From: Alphaproteobacteria bacterium
GTDB taxonomy: Bacteria; Pseudomonadota; Alphaproteobacteria; Rickettsiales; UBA8987
Assembly: GCA_031426355.1 (NCBI GenBank)
Contig: JANPLD010000010.1
Span: 14,968 to 78,967, forward strand
Direction: 5' to 3'
DNA: 64,000 nt
The translations under genes and the position numbers were made by a program. The notes beneath the pieces were generated by a model, which saw only the letters and a list, made by a program, of their open reading frames with translations, searched no databases and was not told where the DNA came from. Shown here in pieces: positions 39,067 through 49,253 of the stretch; position 1 is the first letter of the stretch, and every line of letters starts with the position of its first letter.

Positions 39067-40329
39067 CTATATTTTCAATTGTCCTTCTTTAGATTGAGGG
39101 ATTTGAATATGAAAATTTGTAGCAAATCCCGGCGATAAGCATCTATCTTTATCAATATTTGAAAATCCTGCGCTGAAAGTTAGCACCGGAACATTACTTT
39201 GCTCAAGTAACTCATCTAGTCCAAAACCAGTTGAGCCGGAACGTAAATGTAAACTTCCAACTTTAATATTTACTTCTGGGGCTTTTCTATCTTTTGTATA
39301 TTGTTCAATATATCCCGTGCTGAAATCATAGGGTTTCCCGGTTATTAGATCTTTCCAATATAGGTTGGTTGGAATTGTACATTCGTTAAAAAATTGCTCC
39401 GGGGTAATTTCTTCTTCGATTTTATTACCTGTAAAAGATATTATATTTTCATTCTGCAATTTACTTAAATCTATCTTTCTTTTGCAATAATGTAATGAGC
39501 CATCTTCGAATCTTTCTTTTAAATAAAGAAAATTAGGATTCATCCCATAATTTGCTGGGTTACTATAATTTATATTAGGCAATGGCAATATGACTGAACC
39601 ATTTTTTCTTGCGGTATATATTTCTATAAAATCCTCTAATGAAAAATTCCCATTTACTTTTTTTGGCGGAATATCATCTGTAAAATTTGCAAAACTGGCT
39701 CTATCAATGCAATAATATATAAGATTCTTTATCATCATTCCCTGATTTAACTGTAAAGCTTCTTTTAATTCTTGGTCCTTTAATTTATCTCCGGTTTTTG
39801 ATTCATATAGGTTTTTAAATTGTTCTAACTCCTCTTTCCAAAAATTATGGTTTGGACTATCTCTATCTGTGGAATTTAAAAGATCCTGAAAAACTTGATC
39901 ATCAGTACTGTTTAAAAGATTTAATGCTAGCCTTGAAGTTTCATTGGAATTATTTAGACCCTCATAAATTGAAATAAAATTTCTGCCGTCTTTTTTTGCC
40001 TTTTCAGCTTTTTGGGGAATAATATATTCAACCGCAACTATTTCTTCAGCTGTTTTATCATGCCTGTCTGCAAATATTGAAACAAGTGGAGAAGCTAGAT
40101 TAAATATTTCATCTTTCCTTTCTTCAGGAGAACCCGGATTTTCTGGCGCAATTAAAACTTGGTTGAAAACCTGATCTAAATATGTCCAATTCTCATAATT
40201 TATATTTCTATATTGCTCTGTTTCATCAAGTGGCGGTAATATAGGCTCTTCCATCGTTTTTATAGATTTTAACTCATTAAAATCTATATCCCACTTTCTG
40301 AAATCTTTTAGTTCAATTAAGCCTGCCAT
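39067..40329 (-). CDS. Hypothetical protein (orphan), downstream of the sigma-54 activator gene
   Basis: 420-aa ORF with no signal peptide or TM segment and no motif I recognise. It is AT-rich by eye and lies 57 nt after the activator gene on the same strand. Confidence 0.5.
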   Translation of the reverse strand: MAGLIELKDFRKWDIDFNELKSIKTMEEPILPPLDETEQYRNINYENWTYLDQVFNQVLIAPENPGSPEERKDEIFNLASPLVSIFADRHDKTAEEIVAVEYIIPQKAEKAKKDGRNFISIYEGLNNSNETSRLALNLLNSTDDQVFQDLLNSTDRDSPNHNFWKEELEQFKNLYESKTGDKLKDQELKEALQLNQGMMIKNLIYYCIDRASFANFTDDIPPKKVNGNFSLEDFIEIYTARKNGSVILPLPNINYSNPANYGMNPNFLYLKERFEDGSLHYCKRKIDLSKLQNENIISFTGNKIEEEITPEQFFNECTIPTNLYWKDLITGKPYDFSTGYIEQYTKDRKAPEVNIKVGSLHLRSGSTGFGLDELLEQSNVPVLTFSAGFSNIDKDRCLSPGFATNFHIQIPQSKEGQLKI

Positions 40330-40386
40330 TTCTTTAAGGTTTTGTTATACCTAAAGAATAAAGTAAAAAAGTTAAGAAACCGTTAA

Positions 40387-41859
40387 CTATTCATTCACTT
40401 TCCTATAATCATCCATCTCCTCAACAATCCCTTCTTCAAGGCCGTATTCTTTCATTTTGCGGTAAAGAGTAGAGCGTCCGATTCCCAGAACTTTTGATAC
40501 TTTAGAGATGTTATTATTGTGATAATGAAGGACCTTTTCAATAATGTCCCTTTCGTACTCGCTCATATTCTTGAACTTTCCGTTAGATTTATTGAATGCG
40601 CTTATCTCTTCATCAGTTGAACTAAGCCTATGTGCAACTTCACTTTTTTGATGTGTACTTGCATAACTTGCAGATATCGCTTTCAGGATATTCTCAAAAT
40701 CATCAAGCTCAAGCTTACTGCCATTACTCATTATTATTGCGCGGTAAATGGAATTTTCTAACTGCCTTATATTTCCCGGCCACCAGTAATCTGACAGTAT
40801 TTCTGCAAGCCTGTCATCATAAGTGATTATTGCTTTGCCTTCTTTAGCGCAGATTTTCTCAATGAAATAATTTATCAGCTCAGGTATATCTTCCTTTCTA
40901 TCTCTAAGTGGTGGCACCGCTATCGGGAATACATTTATTCTGTAAAGAAGGTCTTCCCTGAATAATCCATTTTTTACAGCTTCATCAAGGTTTTTATTAG
41001 TAGCTGAAATTACCCGTACATTTACTTTTACAGCTTTTCCTGCACCAATAGGTTCCACTTCAAAATTCTGCAATATGCGTAACAATTTTGACTGTGCTTC
41101 CAGTGGCAATTCTCCTATCTCATCTAAAAAGATAGTCCCGCCATCTGCTTCGCGGAATTTACCAAGTGCCTTATCAACAGCTCCTGTAAAAGAACCTTTC
41201 TCATGCCCGAACAGAGTGCTTTCCACCAGATTCTCCGGTATAGCAGAGCAGTTCACCGCAATAAATGGTTCCTTATGTCTCTCACTATTGCTGTGAATAG
41301 CACGCGCGAAAAGTTCCTTACCAACCCCGCTTTCACCTGTAATAAGAGCCGGTATATTTGAATTTCCCGCCCTCGATGCAAGGTTAATAGCCTTCTTAAG
41401 CGCGCGACTATTACCTATAATATCGGTAAAATCATATTTGTTCTTATTGAAATTATGAAGTTTCTGAACCTGTTTATTAAGACCTGAGCGCAGTTTTGCA
41501 TTCTCAATACAAACCTTCATTCTTTCAGGGCCATCTTTCTTTTCGATGAAATCAATGGCTCCCCGTTTAAGTGCAGCAACCGCCTTACTTACGTCGCCAT
41601 GTGCAGTATTTATTATGATCGGCAGTTCCGGCCTGTTAGGGCAAACCCTGTCCAGAACCTCAAGCCCTGATACATCCGGCATTTGCATATCCAGTATAAC
41701 CAGATCTATCTCTGACCCTTTGGGTGAAAGCAAAAATTCAACCGCTTCCGCGCCGGAATTTATAGCCGTTGCTTTATAGTTAAGCAGTTTCTCCATCGCC
41801 AGCTGAGTGGTCTTCAGTTGAAACTCATCATCATCTACTACAAGAATGTGAAATGTCAT
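40387..41859 (-). CDS. Sigma-54-dependent response regulator (NtrC/NtrX-type: receiver + AAA+ + Fis HTH)
   Basis: Receiver domain (ILVVDDD, DLVILDMQMPDVSG), AAA+ Walker A GESGVGKE, the GAFTGA-loop variant GSFTGA, Walker B FLDEIGE, and the C-terminal HTH GIGRSTLYRKMK. Confidence 0.85.
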   Translation of the reverse strand: MTFHILVVDDDEFQLKTTQLAMEKLLNYKATAINSGAEAVEFLLSPKGSEIDLVILDMQMPDVSGLEVLDRVCPNRPELPIIINTAHGDVSKAVAALKRGAIDFIEKKDGPERMKVCIENAKLRSGLNKQVQKLHNFNKNKYDFTDIIGNSRALKKAINLASRAGNSNIPALITGESGVGKELFARAIHSNSERHKEPFIAVNCSAIPENLVESTLFGHEKGSFTGAVDKALGKFREADGGTIFLDEIGELPLEAQSKLLRILQNFEVEPIGAGKAVKVNVRVISATNKNLDEAVKNGLFREDLLYRINVFPIAVPPLRDRKEDIPELINYFIEKICAKEGKAIITYDDRLAEILSDYWWPGNIRQLENSIYRAIIMSNGSKLELDDFENILKAISASYASTHQKSEVAHRLSSTDEEISAFNKSNGKFKNMSEYERDIIEKVLHYHNNNISKVSKVLGIGRSTLYRKMKEYGLEEGIVEEMDDYRKVNE

Positions 41860-42045
41860 ATTTAACTAAGGATTTAATTAACCGCTTCTAATACAACTCT
41901 AAGTTTAAAGAAAAAGCAACTAACAAAAATCCATATCCCCCAAAAATATTGTTTTTTTTAACCCCAAGACCGATCAGGATACAACAAAAGTATTAATGGA
42001 AGATTAATAGATGATAAAATTTGAAATGATTTAGTGTTTGGTTTT

Positions 42046-42720
42046 TTATATCCTGAAAGCAAAAGCGCATTCAGCAAGTTCGCTTTCTTCCTTATATTCA
42101 CCGCTTAAATAGCAGGTGGAGTTTTCCTGTTTCTCAGCCCTTAATATGCCCGTTTCAGGATAACCATCATCAACCATAAGGTCCAGTCTCATTGCTTCCT
42201 CAGGTGTAAGGGCAGGGGTAGTAGTAATGCCGCTTTTATTTGGCAGGCCTGAATATCCTATATAATTGAAATCTTCTTCCTCATTATAATTGAAATAAAA
42301 TACGGCTTTGTGCCTTTTATCAAAAGGTGAGTTATAATCCGCTATCATCCATTGCGGTTTCTCGGCCTTCCACTTACCCGATAATTTCACCGGGCTCTCA
42401 AGCAATTTCGCCAGTTGCAGATGCTGCCACGCCAAAATGCCTTCGCCTTCCTCAAAAGATATCTTTCTGTCATTATTACCGTCAGATGTAACTTCCTTCC
42501 AGTAGAACGTTGCTTTATCCACATCACCCGGCAGGCCGTTATATATATTATTGAATGAGAGCGCTGAGTATTTATATTTCTGCAGATTACCTGCAAGTTC
42601 CCTTATCTTGAACTCCTTATTAACATTTTTCGTTATTATTACAGCGAATATCACCATCCCGAATAATACAATTAATGTAAATATCTGGAGGAAATTAAAA
42701 TTCTTGAAACTTCTTTGCAT
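42046..42720 (-). CDS. Hypothetical protein with an N-terminal membrane anchor (weakly pilin-like architecture)
   Basis: N-terminus KNFNFLQIFTLIVLFGMVIFAVII followed by a ~190-aa soluble part that includes ..LDLMVDDGYPETG.. No canonical prepilin G/FTLIE motif. Confidence 0.5.
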   Translation of the reverse strand: MQRSFKNFNFLQIFTLIVLFGMVIFAVIITKNVNKEFKIRELAGNLQKYKYSALSFNNIYNGLPGDVDKATFYWKEVTSDGNNDRKISFEEGEGILAWQHLQLAKLLESPVKLSGKWKAEKPQWMIADYNSPFDKRHKAVFYFNYNEEEDFNYIGYSGLPNKSGITTTPALTPEEAMRLDLMVDDGYPETGILRAEKQENSTCYLSGEYKEESELAECAFAFRI

Positions 42721-42763
42721 AATGGAAAATTATATTTCAACTTTTATAACCTGCGTAATCTAT

Positions 42764-43807
<1,044 letters not shown>

Positions 43808-43826
43808 CTAAGCTTTAGGGATAATA

Positions 43827-43845
43827 TTGGAAGTTTCAACTTCAA
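43827..43845. repeat. Short GGAAGTT/AACTTC hairpin downstream of cheD
   Basis: ttggaagtttcaacttcaa has a 6-bp stem (gaagtt/aacttc). The motif is shared with the larger element at 57679-57737. Confidence 0.3.
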
Positions 43846-43873
43846 ATTTCAGCTTGGGGATATGCAGGTGAGC

Positions 43874-44458
43874 CTAATTATAATTATCCAGATGCTCTTT
43901 TTCACTATCAAAGATCATAAGATCTTCTTTTCTTTTTAGTTTTCTAATTAAAGCCCTGCCAGTATCTGCAAAATAATGAACCCTTCTTGGGAACTCACCT
44001 TCAATATCTTCCGCTTTTAAAATTATATTCTCACTTTTAAGAAATTCTTTCACGAATTTAATATTATTATTCCTTATTGCCGGATATCCCACCGCGCCGC
44101 CAAATATCTTGGCTTCAAGATTTTCCTTTTCAGCGCCGTATAAAACTAATTTATTTACCAGCTGTCTTAAAACAGGCGTGCCGACCTTTGATGCGTTGAA
44201 CTCCGGAAGTATTATATGGCACATGCCGCCAATATGCTTAACCGTATCATTAAAGCAAACCGCAACACATGAGCCAAGTATCGTAACCAGCATTTCGCGC
44301 GGTTCCGTGCTTACATAAAAATCACCCGTAACTAATTTCACTACGGTCATTTCCATATTCTGGTCGTAATATCTCTTTACGCCGTCATAAAGCCCGCCGA
44401 TCTGGATCTTCTCCGTATCTGTTCTTCTTATCGGGATTTTATTCTGCGCTGCCGCCAT
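43874..44458 (-). CDS. cheD: Chemoreceptor glutamine deamidase CheD
   Basis: ILGSCVAVC..D....IGGMCHIILP is the CheD signature. Confidence 0.8.
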   Translation of the reverse strand: MAAAQNKIPIRRTDTEKIQIGGLYDGVKRYYDQNMEMTVVKLVTGDFYVSTEPREMLVTILGSCVAVCFNDTVKHIGGMCHIILPEFNASKVGTPVLRQLVNKLVLYGAEKENLEAKIFGGAVGYPAIRNNNIKFVKEFLKSENIILKAEDIEGEFPRRVHYFADTGRALIRKLKRKEDLMIFDSEKEHLDNYN

Positions 44459-44462
44459 ATTA

Positions 44463-44981
44463 TTAGAGCCTTTGAAAATTTTTTAACTGGTCAGCATCAA
44501 TAACTAATAATTTTTTATTTTTATACTGGATAATTCCGGTAATTGATTTTTCCAATTCAGTATTTGCAGGTTTTATTTCTGCTTCCTCAATAGTCAAGAT
44601 TTCTGAAACACCATTTGCAAGAAGGCCGATTATTTTTTCCTTTACCTGAATTACCAGCACAATATTTTTATCATCAGCAGGCGTAACTCCCTGGCCAAAA
44701 TATTTGTTAAGGTCGATCAGTTCATTACTGGTATTCACCCAGCTTTCTATCTTGATAACACTCATAATATCAATCGCATACTCACTTTTTTCCACATGGA
44801 AATTTATGAATTTTTTTGTAGTTTCGATCTTCTGTTCTAGAACTGGTTTTTTCTTTTTTTCAATAACCGCTTTCGGCGCAGCCTTCACTATGGAAATTGT
44901 TCTGCGACTACCTTTAGCGGCTTCCTTAAGCATTTTAAGGTCTTCTTTGATTGAGGCTTTTGCAATGGTTTTTCTTGGCAT
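44463..44981 (-). CDS. cheW: CheW-like coupling protein with a ~50-aa Lys-rich N-terminal extension
   Basis: The C-terminal ~120 aa follow the CheW-domain pattern (F.VEKSEYAIDI..V..I, IGLLANGVSEIL, LLVIDADQL). The start lies 1 nt after the era stop. Confidence 0.7.
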   Translation of the reverse strand: MPRKTIAKASIKEDLKMLKEAAKGSRRTISIVKAAPKAVIEKKKKPVLEQKIETTKKFINFHVEKSEYAIDIMSVIKIESWVNTSNELIDLNKYFGQGVTPADDKNIVLVIQVKEKIIGLLANGVSEILTIEEAEIKPANTELEKSITGIIQYKNKKLLVIDADQLKNFQRL

Positions 44982-44982
44982 A

Positions 44983-45885
44983 CTATTCTTTGAATTCGAT
45001 TTGCGAAACTAAATATGGTTCTCTTCTGTCATACCAATTTTCTCTCACTTTAACAAAGAGAAATAAATGAATTTTTTTTCCCAGTATATTTTGCAGATCC
45101 TTGCGGGATTGCTCGCCTATTTTTTTTATCATTGAACCTTGCTTGCCCACAATTATACTTTTGTGCGATTCTGTAGATGTATAAATTGTCTGATGTATCT
45201 TTATATCTTTCTTCTCTTCATAAAGTTCCGTTTCAACATAGAGAGAGTAGGGAAGTTCCTCATTCAAATTCATGAATAGTTTTTCCCTCGTTATTTCCGC
45301 CGCTAAAAATCTTGCAGGCGCATCTGTTATCTGGTCTTCCGGGAATATCCAGTTACTATCAGGTAAATTATCTTCAAGATATTTCTCAAGGTCAGCAACA
45401 CCACCGCCTTTTAAGGCAGATATCATGAAGGTTTTTTCAAAATTACATTCTTCATTTAATTTCTGCGTATTCTCCAGAAGCTTTTGTTTATCAGCCTTAT
45501 CAACTTTATTAAGTACCAGAAGTTTTTTGCTTTCTATATTCTTTATATAATTAAGCACCAATTCATCATTAGGCTTAATGGGCTTACTCGCATCAACAAG
45601 GAAAATTATAAAGTCAGAACCTTCGATCGAGTTTTTCGCTGTTTGCACTATCGACTTATTAAGCTTGTTTTTTAAATTATCCTGAAGGCTGAAAATACCC
45701 GGCGTATCAACAATTATTATCTGTGAGTCACCCGATATTTTTATCCCAGTTATCCGGCTTCTAGTAGTTTGCGCCTTTGGTGAAACAATACTTATCTTCG
45801 CCCCTGTTATATAATTGGTAAGCGTTGATTTTCCGCTGTTAGGCGCACCTACGATAACCGTAAAACCGCATTTTCTTTTATTCAT
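44983..45885 (-). CDS. era: GTPase Era
   Basis: G1 GAPNSGKST, G3 DTPG, G4 NKVD, and a C-terminal KH domain (VGKQGSMIKKIG). Confidence 0.95.
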   Translation of the reverse strand: MNKRKCGFTVIVGAPNSGKSTLTNYITGAKISIVSPKAQTTRSRITGIKISGDSQIIIVDTPGIFSLQDNLKNKLNKSIVQTAKNSIEGSDFIIFLVDASKPIKPNDELVLNYIKNIESKKLLVLNKVDKADKQKLLENTQKLNEECNFEKTFMISALKGGGVADLEKYLEDNLPDSNWIFPEDQITDAPARFLAAEITREKLFMNLNEELPYSLYVETELYEEKKDIKIHQTIYTSTESHKSIIVGKQGSMIKKIGEQSRKDLQNILGKKIHLFLFVKVRENWYDRREPYLVSQIEFKE

Positions 45886-45905
45886 TTTATACCTAAGATT
45901 TGGCT

Positions 45906-46595
45906 TTAGAGAGCCAGTTTGTTAACAATTTCTTCAGCTGCAAGTCGTTCTGCATCTTTTTTAGAGTAGGAAGTTTTTGTAGTGTTCATATCCGCAACGC
46001 TAAGCGCTATGGTAATTTCCGGCTGGTGAGCAGGCCCGGTGATTGAAACCACATCATATTTAGGTAGTGGATGCCCATTTTTCTGTGCCCATTCCTGCAA
46101 TTTCGATTTAGGATCTTTCGGAGCATCTTTATGATCAAAAATATATGGCGCCAAATTCTTCTCAATAAATGCCCTTGCTGCTTCCAGCCCGCCATCAATA
46201 TAAAGCGCGCCGACTATGGCCTCAAAAACATTTTCCAGATTTGCTTTATTTGTGCGACCGCCAGTTTGCTCTTCCCCGCTACCAAGTATTATATATTCCC
46301 CAAGCCCTAGCTTGGCTGAACAATCTGAAAGAGTTTCTTTTGAAACCGTCATCGCCCTTCTTTTGGCTAAGCTTCCTTCATCCTCATTAGCAAAATGCAC
46401 GAATAATATTTCACTTATCAGAAGTGACAGAACTGAATCCCCAAGGAATTCAAGCCTTTCATAATCTTTGTTAATACCGGAATTCTTTTTCGTGCTCGGA
46501 TGTGTAAGCGCCTGTATCAATATATTGCTGTTGGTGAATATATGCCCAACAATTTCCTCTATCAGTTTTATTTTATTATCAGGGATTCTTAACAT
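45906..46595 (-). CDS. rnc: Ribonuclease III
   Basis: ERLEFLGDSVL signature plus a C-terminal dsRBD (PKSKLQEWAQ.. AEE). Confidence 0.95.
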   Translation of the reverse strand: MLRIPDNKIKLIEEIVGHIFTNSNILIQALTHPSTKKNSGINKDYERLEFLGDSVLSLLISEILFVHFANEDEGSLAKRRAMTVSKETLSDCSAKLGLGEYIILGSGEEQTGGRTNKANLENVFEAIVGALYIDGGLEAARAFIEKNLAPYIFDHKDAPKDPKSKLQEWAQKNGHPLPKYDVVSITGPAHQPEITIALSVADMNTTKTSYSKKDAERLAAEEIVNKLAL

Positions 46596-46597
46596 TG

Positions 46598-47341
46598 CTA
46601 TTCTTCGTTCCTAAGGTTCTTCAGGAATCTTTCTCCACGGAAAGATTTTACCCAATCCCATAGTTTAATGAAAGAAGATTTATTTGAAAAGAACAACATA
46701 TCCGCTCGCCCGATAAGGTTCACATCTGGCACATAACCTATTGATATCCTGCTATCTGCTGAATTATCCCTGTTATCACCCATGAAGAAATAATGCTTTT
46801 TTGGCACTACAAAAATATCAGTATTATCAGCCGGGCCTTCCTCTATCTCATCAAGGATGGTATAACTAACACCATTTGGCAAAGTTTCCTTATATTGTTT
46901 TATCCTTGAGTCGGTATTATCAGGCTGATCATCATAAAAATCCTCAACACGTTGGGTCGCCAGTTCCTCACCATTGATGGATAACTTCCCATGCTTCATC
47001 TGTATCACATCGCCAGGCATGCCTATCAACCTTTTGATATAATCAGTATCAGGCTGAGTAGGAGGGCGGAATACAATTATATCACCGCGTTTTGGCTTTT
47101 CGCCACCAATCCTTCCTTCAAAATATTTTATTACATAACCAAACGGCAGATCAACAGAGCTGTAGCCGTATGAGAATTTTGATATGAAGATATAATCGCC
47201 TATGAGCAGGGTCGGCTTCATGGAGCTTGATGGTATATGCCTTGGGGAATATACGAACGCCCTGAACATAACAGGCAGTACTATGCAGACGAGGATAACG
47301 AATGTCCAGGTCTCATAGAATTTGATTTTTTTAGTGGTCAT
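46598..47341 (-). CDS. lepB: Signal peptidase I
   Basis: IPSSSMKPTL (catalytic Ser), KRLIG.PGD (Lys box), and GDNRDNS.DSR. Confidence 0.9.
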   Translation of the reverse strand: MTTKKIKFYETWTFVILVCIVLPVMFRAFVYSPRHIPSSSMKPTLLIGDYIFISKFSYGYSSVDLPFGYVIKYFEGRIGGEKPKRGDIIVFRPPTQPDTDYIKRLIGMPGDVIQMKHGKLSINGEELATQRVEDFYDDQPDNTDSRIKQYKETLPNGVSYTILDEIEEGPADNTDIFVVPKKHYFFMGDNRDNSADSRISIGYVPDVNLIGRADMLFFSNKSSFIKLWDWVKSFRGERFLKNLRNEE

Positions 47342-47423
47342 TTTATGGGTATGAGAGATTAGCTGTAAATTATAGATTATTTCTTTGTAATATTACTCAT
47401 GCATTATATAGCAAGAAAATTTG

Positions 47424-48275
47424 TTACTTCTGCGTTCCTTGTTCAACCTCTACAAATGTAGGCCTTACACCTGTCGGTATGGCTTTTCTCGCAAACTCTA
47501 CTGAAACTGCCGGCGCATTACCCTGCACATGCGCAAGTAACCCTTGTTTTACGCATTCATAGTATTTACTTTCCTCATTGAAATAATTCCCAAGAAATGC
47601 TCCCATCGGGCCGATAATACCATAGCATAGTAATACCCCGAGAAATGTTCCAACTAGCGCGGCGCCGATAAGGCCACCAAGTATTTCCGGTGGTTCTGCA
47701 ATTGAACCCATTGTAATTATAACTCCAAGAACCGCTGCAACTATACCAAGCGCCGGGAATGATTCCGCAAGTAATGTTACCGCGTGGGATATCACATGCT
47801 GTTCTTTATGATGTATCTCAAGTTCGGCATTCATCATATCTTCAAGAACATATTTATCATCAACACCCATGGTCATTACACGTATATAATCACAGAAGAA
47901 ATCAACAGCATGGTGATTATGAAGGAAATGCGGATATTTCTTGAATATCTCGCTTTGTTCAGGATTCTCAATATGTGCTTCTATCTCAAGCATACCTTTA
48001 GTTTTCATCAACTTAAATACTTCATACTGGAAAGAAAGAAGTTCCAGGTAATTTGCCTTGGAGTAAACATACCCACCCTTGAAAAGATATTTAAAGGAAC
48101 CCAAAGTTTTTTTGATTACATAAGAAGGGTTAGAAATAATGAACGCGCCCACGCCTGCGCCACCAATGATAAGATATTCTGTAGGTTGATACAGAACAGC
48201 AATGTTACCATGGTGAAGTACATATCCCCCTATCACGGAGCCGCATACAACTATTAAACCAATGATATATTTCAT
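47424..48275 (-). CDS. motA: Flagellar motor stator protein MotA
   Basis: 283 aa with four TM segments, an N-terminal G.V.GGY..HHGN...L.QP.E.LIIGGA, and a C-terminal ..A.VEFARK pattern. There is no motB beside it. Confidence 0.85.
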   Translation of the reverse strand: MKYIIGLIVVCGSVIGGYVLHHGNIAVLYQPTEYLIIGGAGVGAFIISNPSYVIKKTLGSFKYLFKGGYVYSKANYLELLSFQYEVFKLMKTKGMLEIEAHIENPEQSEIFKKYPHFLHNHHAVDFFCDYIRVMTMGVDDKYVLEDMMNAELEIHHKEQHVISHAVTLLAESFPALGIVAAVLGVIITMGSIAEPPEILGGLIGAALVGTFLGVLLCYGIIGPMGAFLGNYFNEESKYYECVKQGLLAHVQGNAPAVSVEFARKAIPTGVRPTFVEVEQGTQK

Positions 48276-48369
48276 AAAAGATTCTGAAAATGAAAATTCC
48301 TAACGCGAAGGGCTACAAAATACTTCCTTGTATACGCTCTAGTCAACCAATATTAAAATGGATGGAATG

Positions 48370-49206
48370 TTAGTGTGTCGGAATTGTCAGATCAGGTGCA
48401 TTTTCGTCTTTCATGCCGATAACGTGATAGCCCGCATCAACGTGAAGTGTTTCACCTGTAGTTCCCGCGCCAAGGTCACTCAGCAGGAAAACCGCAGATC
48501 CGCCAACATCCTGAAGTGTGATATTTCTTTTTAGTGGGGAGTTATATTCATTCCATTTGAAGATCAACCTGAAATCACCAATACCCGAAGCCGCTAAAGT
48601 TTTAACAGGGCCAGCAGATATAGCGTTCACCCTTATATTCCTGTCACCCATATCTTTCGCAAGATATTTCGTGCTCATTTCCAGCGCAGCTTTTGCAACG
48701 CCCATTACGTTATAATGCGGCATAACTTTTTCACCGCCATAATATGTAAGCGTAAGAAGGCTACCGCCGTCAGGCATCATATCATATGCATGTTTCGCAA
48801 CTTCAGTAAAAGAGAAGCACGAAATATGCATAGTGTTCAAAAAGTTCTTGAGGGAAGTATTAAGGTATTTCCCACGCAGCTCATTTTTGTCAGAATATCC
48901 GATAGCATGAACTATATAATCAAGTTTGCCCCATTTCTTTTTTATCGCATCAAATAACGCTGTAACAGATTCAGAATTGGTAACATCACACTCAACAAGG
49001 AATTCGCTTCCGATTTCCTGTGATAAGGGTCTTACTCTTTTTTCCAAAGCTTCGCCTTGGTATGAGAAGCAAATATCCCTTCCGCCTTGTGCGTAAATTG
49101 CCTGAGTTATCCCCCAAGCGATGGATTTATCATTTGCAACGCCCATGATAAGCCCTTTTTTACCTTCAAACAAATTACCTTTTGTGTATCCTTCTAGTTC
49201 AAGCAT
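48370..49206 (-). CDS. fabI: Enoyl-[acyl-carrier-protein] reductase (NADH), FabI type
   Basis: GLIMGVAN..SIAWGI, the Y..MG.AKAALE catalytic Tyr/Lys region, NAISAGP, and HVDAGYH. Confidence 0.9.
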   Translation of the reverse strand: MLELEGYTKGNLFEGKKGLIMGVANDKSIAWGITQAIYAQGGRDICFSYQGEALEKRVRPLSQEIGSEFLVECDVTNSESVTALFDAIKKKWGKLDYIVHAIGYSDKNELRGKYLNTSLKNFLNTMHISCFSFTEVAKHAYDMMPDGGSLLTLTYYGGEKVMPHYNVMGVAKAALEMSTKYLAKDMGDRNIRVNAISAGPVKTLAASGIGDFRLIFKWNEYNSPLKRNITLQDVGGSAVFLLSDLGAGTTGETLHVDAGYHVIGMKDENAPDLTIPTH

Positions 49207-49253
49207 CTTTAGTGTTTTTATTAGTTTAGATTATTATAATTATTTCAAAAATA

